DNA of 64,000 bases from a bacterium (GTDB lineage Bacteria; Armatimonadota; Fimbriimonadia; Fimbriimonadales; Fimbriimonadaceae), in the NCBI GenBank assembly GCA_027485645.1, contig JAIXQR010000001.1:363632-427631 (forward strand), in the 5' to 3' direction. A program made the translations under genes and the position numbers. The notes beneath the pieces were generated by a model. It made no database searches. It saw only the letters and a list, made by a program, of their open reading frames with translations, and was not told where the DNA came from. Below are positions 63,049 through 64,000 of the stretch, piece after piece; position 1 is the first letter of the stretch, and the number at the start of each line of letters is the position of its first letter.

Positions 63049-64000
63049 TTCTCGGCAATTTCTACCGTGGTATGAACCATAGTGCCAAAAAGGTTTGTGC
63101 GCAAGCCCTTAACCTGAGGCTTGACCAAAATCATGTCTCGCCCAAAGTAAGCCGGAATCCGTGCCGCATCTTCGAGCAAGAGATCTTCGGCCTCTTGATA
63201 CATCGCCTTTCGCTTTTCCGGGTCCGCTTCAACGTCAGCCTTGGCACACAGTTCATCTACCTTCGCGTTCGAGTACCCGTCTCTGTTTTCGACCGCTTTG
63301 GTCGTCAAAAGGAAGCTGATGAAGTTCTCTGGATCGAGGTAGTCCGCGAACCAACTCAAGCCTACAAACTGGAGTTTCTTGGCGTTACGCGCTTCAAGGA
63401 AGGTCCGCCACTCCATCGCTCGCGTCGCGACTTCGACGCCGAGGTTCTTCTTCAGGTCGGTTACGGTGGATACGGCAAGAAGCTGGCTATCGGGCCGGCC
63501 TTCTCGGTACGTGATGGTCAACGGCGGAAGCCCTTTGCCCCCTGGATATCCAGCCTGAGCGAGAAGGTCTCGTGCGGTGGTGGGGTCGAACGGAATTCCT
63601 TTGATGTCTGGACGATGTCCGTCAATTCCTGCTGGGATGAAGCCTTTCGCTTCGGGCAGATGAATGATGTCGCCCGCAATCTTTGCGCGGTTAATCGCCA
63701 TCGCAAACGCCTTCCGAACGCGTACGTCCTTGAATGGCGCATACAGCCCCTGGTTCATTCCGATGTAATAAATTGCGGGCCGGTCTACGGCCTTCAACTC
63801 GGCCTTGAGGGTGGCGTCCCCTTCGACCGCCGGCAGGTCTTGCCGCTCAAGCGTGAGAATATCGAGCTCGTTGTTGCGATACTTCAACAGCCGCGTAGAA
63901 GCGTCCTTGATGACTGGTCGGACGAGCTTTCCGATTTTTGGCGGGCCGAGGTAGTAGTCCTCGAACGGAGTCATTTCTAACTGCTGGTCCTTGTCGTACT
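63045..64000 (-). CDS. Peptide ABC transporter substrate-binding protein (OppA/family 5), C-terminal part; start lies outside the window
   Basis: 'FKDVRVRKAFAMAINR', 'A..LLAQAGY', 'W.ADYLDPENF', 'R..MYQEAE'; frame stays open to 64000. Confidence 0.92.
   Translation of the reverse strand, partial: YDKDQQLEMTPFEDYYLGPPKIGKLVRPVIKDASTRLLKYRNNELDILTLERQDLPAVEGDATLKAELKAVDRPAIYYIGMNQGLYAPFKDVRVRKAFAMAINRAKIAGDIIHLPEAKGFIPAGIDGHRPDIKGIPFDPTTARDLLAQAGYPGGKGLPPLTITYREGRPDSQLLAVSTVTDLKKNLGVEVATRAMEWRTFLEARNAKKLQFVGLSWFADYLDPENFISFLLTTKAVENRDGYSNAKVDELCAKADVEADPEKRKAMYQEAEDLLLEDAARIPAYFGRDMILVKPQVKGLRTNLFGTMVHTTVEIAEK

Noticed and set aside
1-64000. Prophage, IS, integron, tRNA or rRNA
   Set aside because: No integrase or transposase motifs, terminal repeats, tRNA T-loop signatures or obvious compositional break seen by eye.

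Overview
Gene-dense chromosomal window with no mobile element, tRNA/rRNA or CRISPR array that I could see. It is probably from an Armatimonadota (Fimbriimonadaceae-like) bacterium; this is inferred from the multiple prepilin/H-X9-DG paralogs, PEP-CTERM proteins, copper-amine-oxidase-stalk proteins and FG-GAP/Ig surface protein. Housekeeping genes include glyS (partial), yebC, pyrR-pyrB-pyrC, maf, metK, uvrC, gltB and coaD. They are interleaved with three ABC systems, catabolic genes (VOC dioxygenase plus esterase, fahA cluster) and many secreted or surface proteins. Main leads: (1) a dual-hexaloop (A1/G4) ANTAR-type RNA motif in the gltB leader, with an orphan REC-ANTAR regulator about 10 kb away; (2) a 2303-bp tandem module LacI - pilin-like protein - small lipoprotein, each copy preceded by the same 18-bp palindrome, plus a third pilin-like gene in a sugar ABC operon; (3) a DnaA-like paralog behind four helically phased 8-bp repeats; (4) a PyrC with substituted metal and substrate residues; (5) a GltB with a 13-aa insertion in its Fe-S cysteine loop; (6) a DUF1573 / tetraheme cytochrome pair sharing CGC motifs; (7) many genes with a -10-like hexamer just upstream of the start codon, suggesting leaderless mRNAs. 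All family assignments come from motif recognition by eye; no searches were run.
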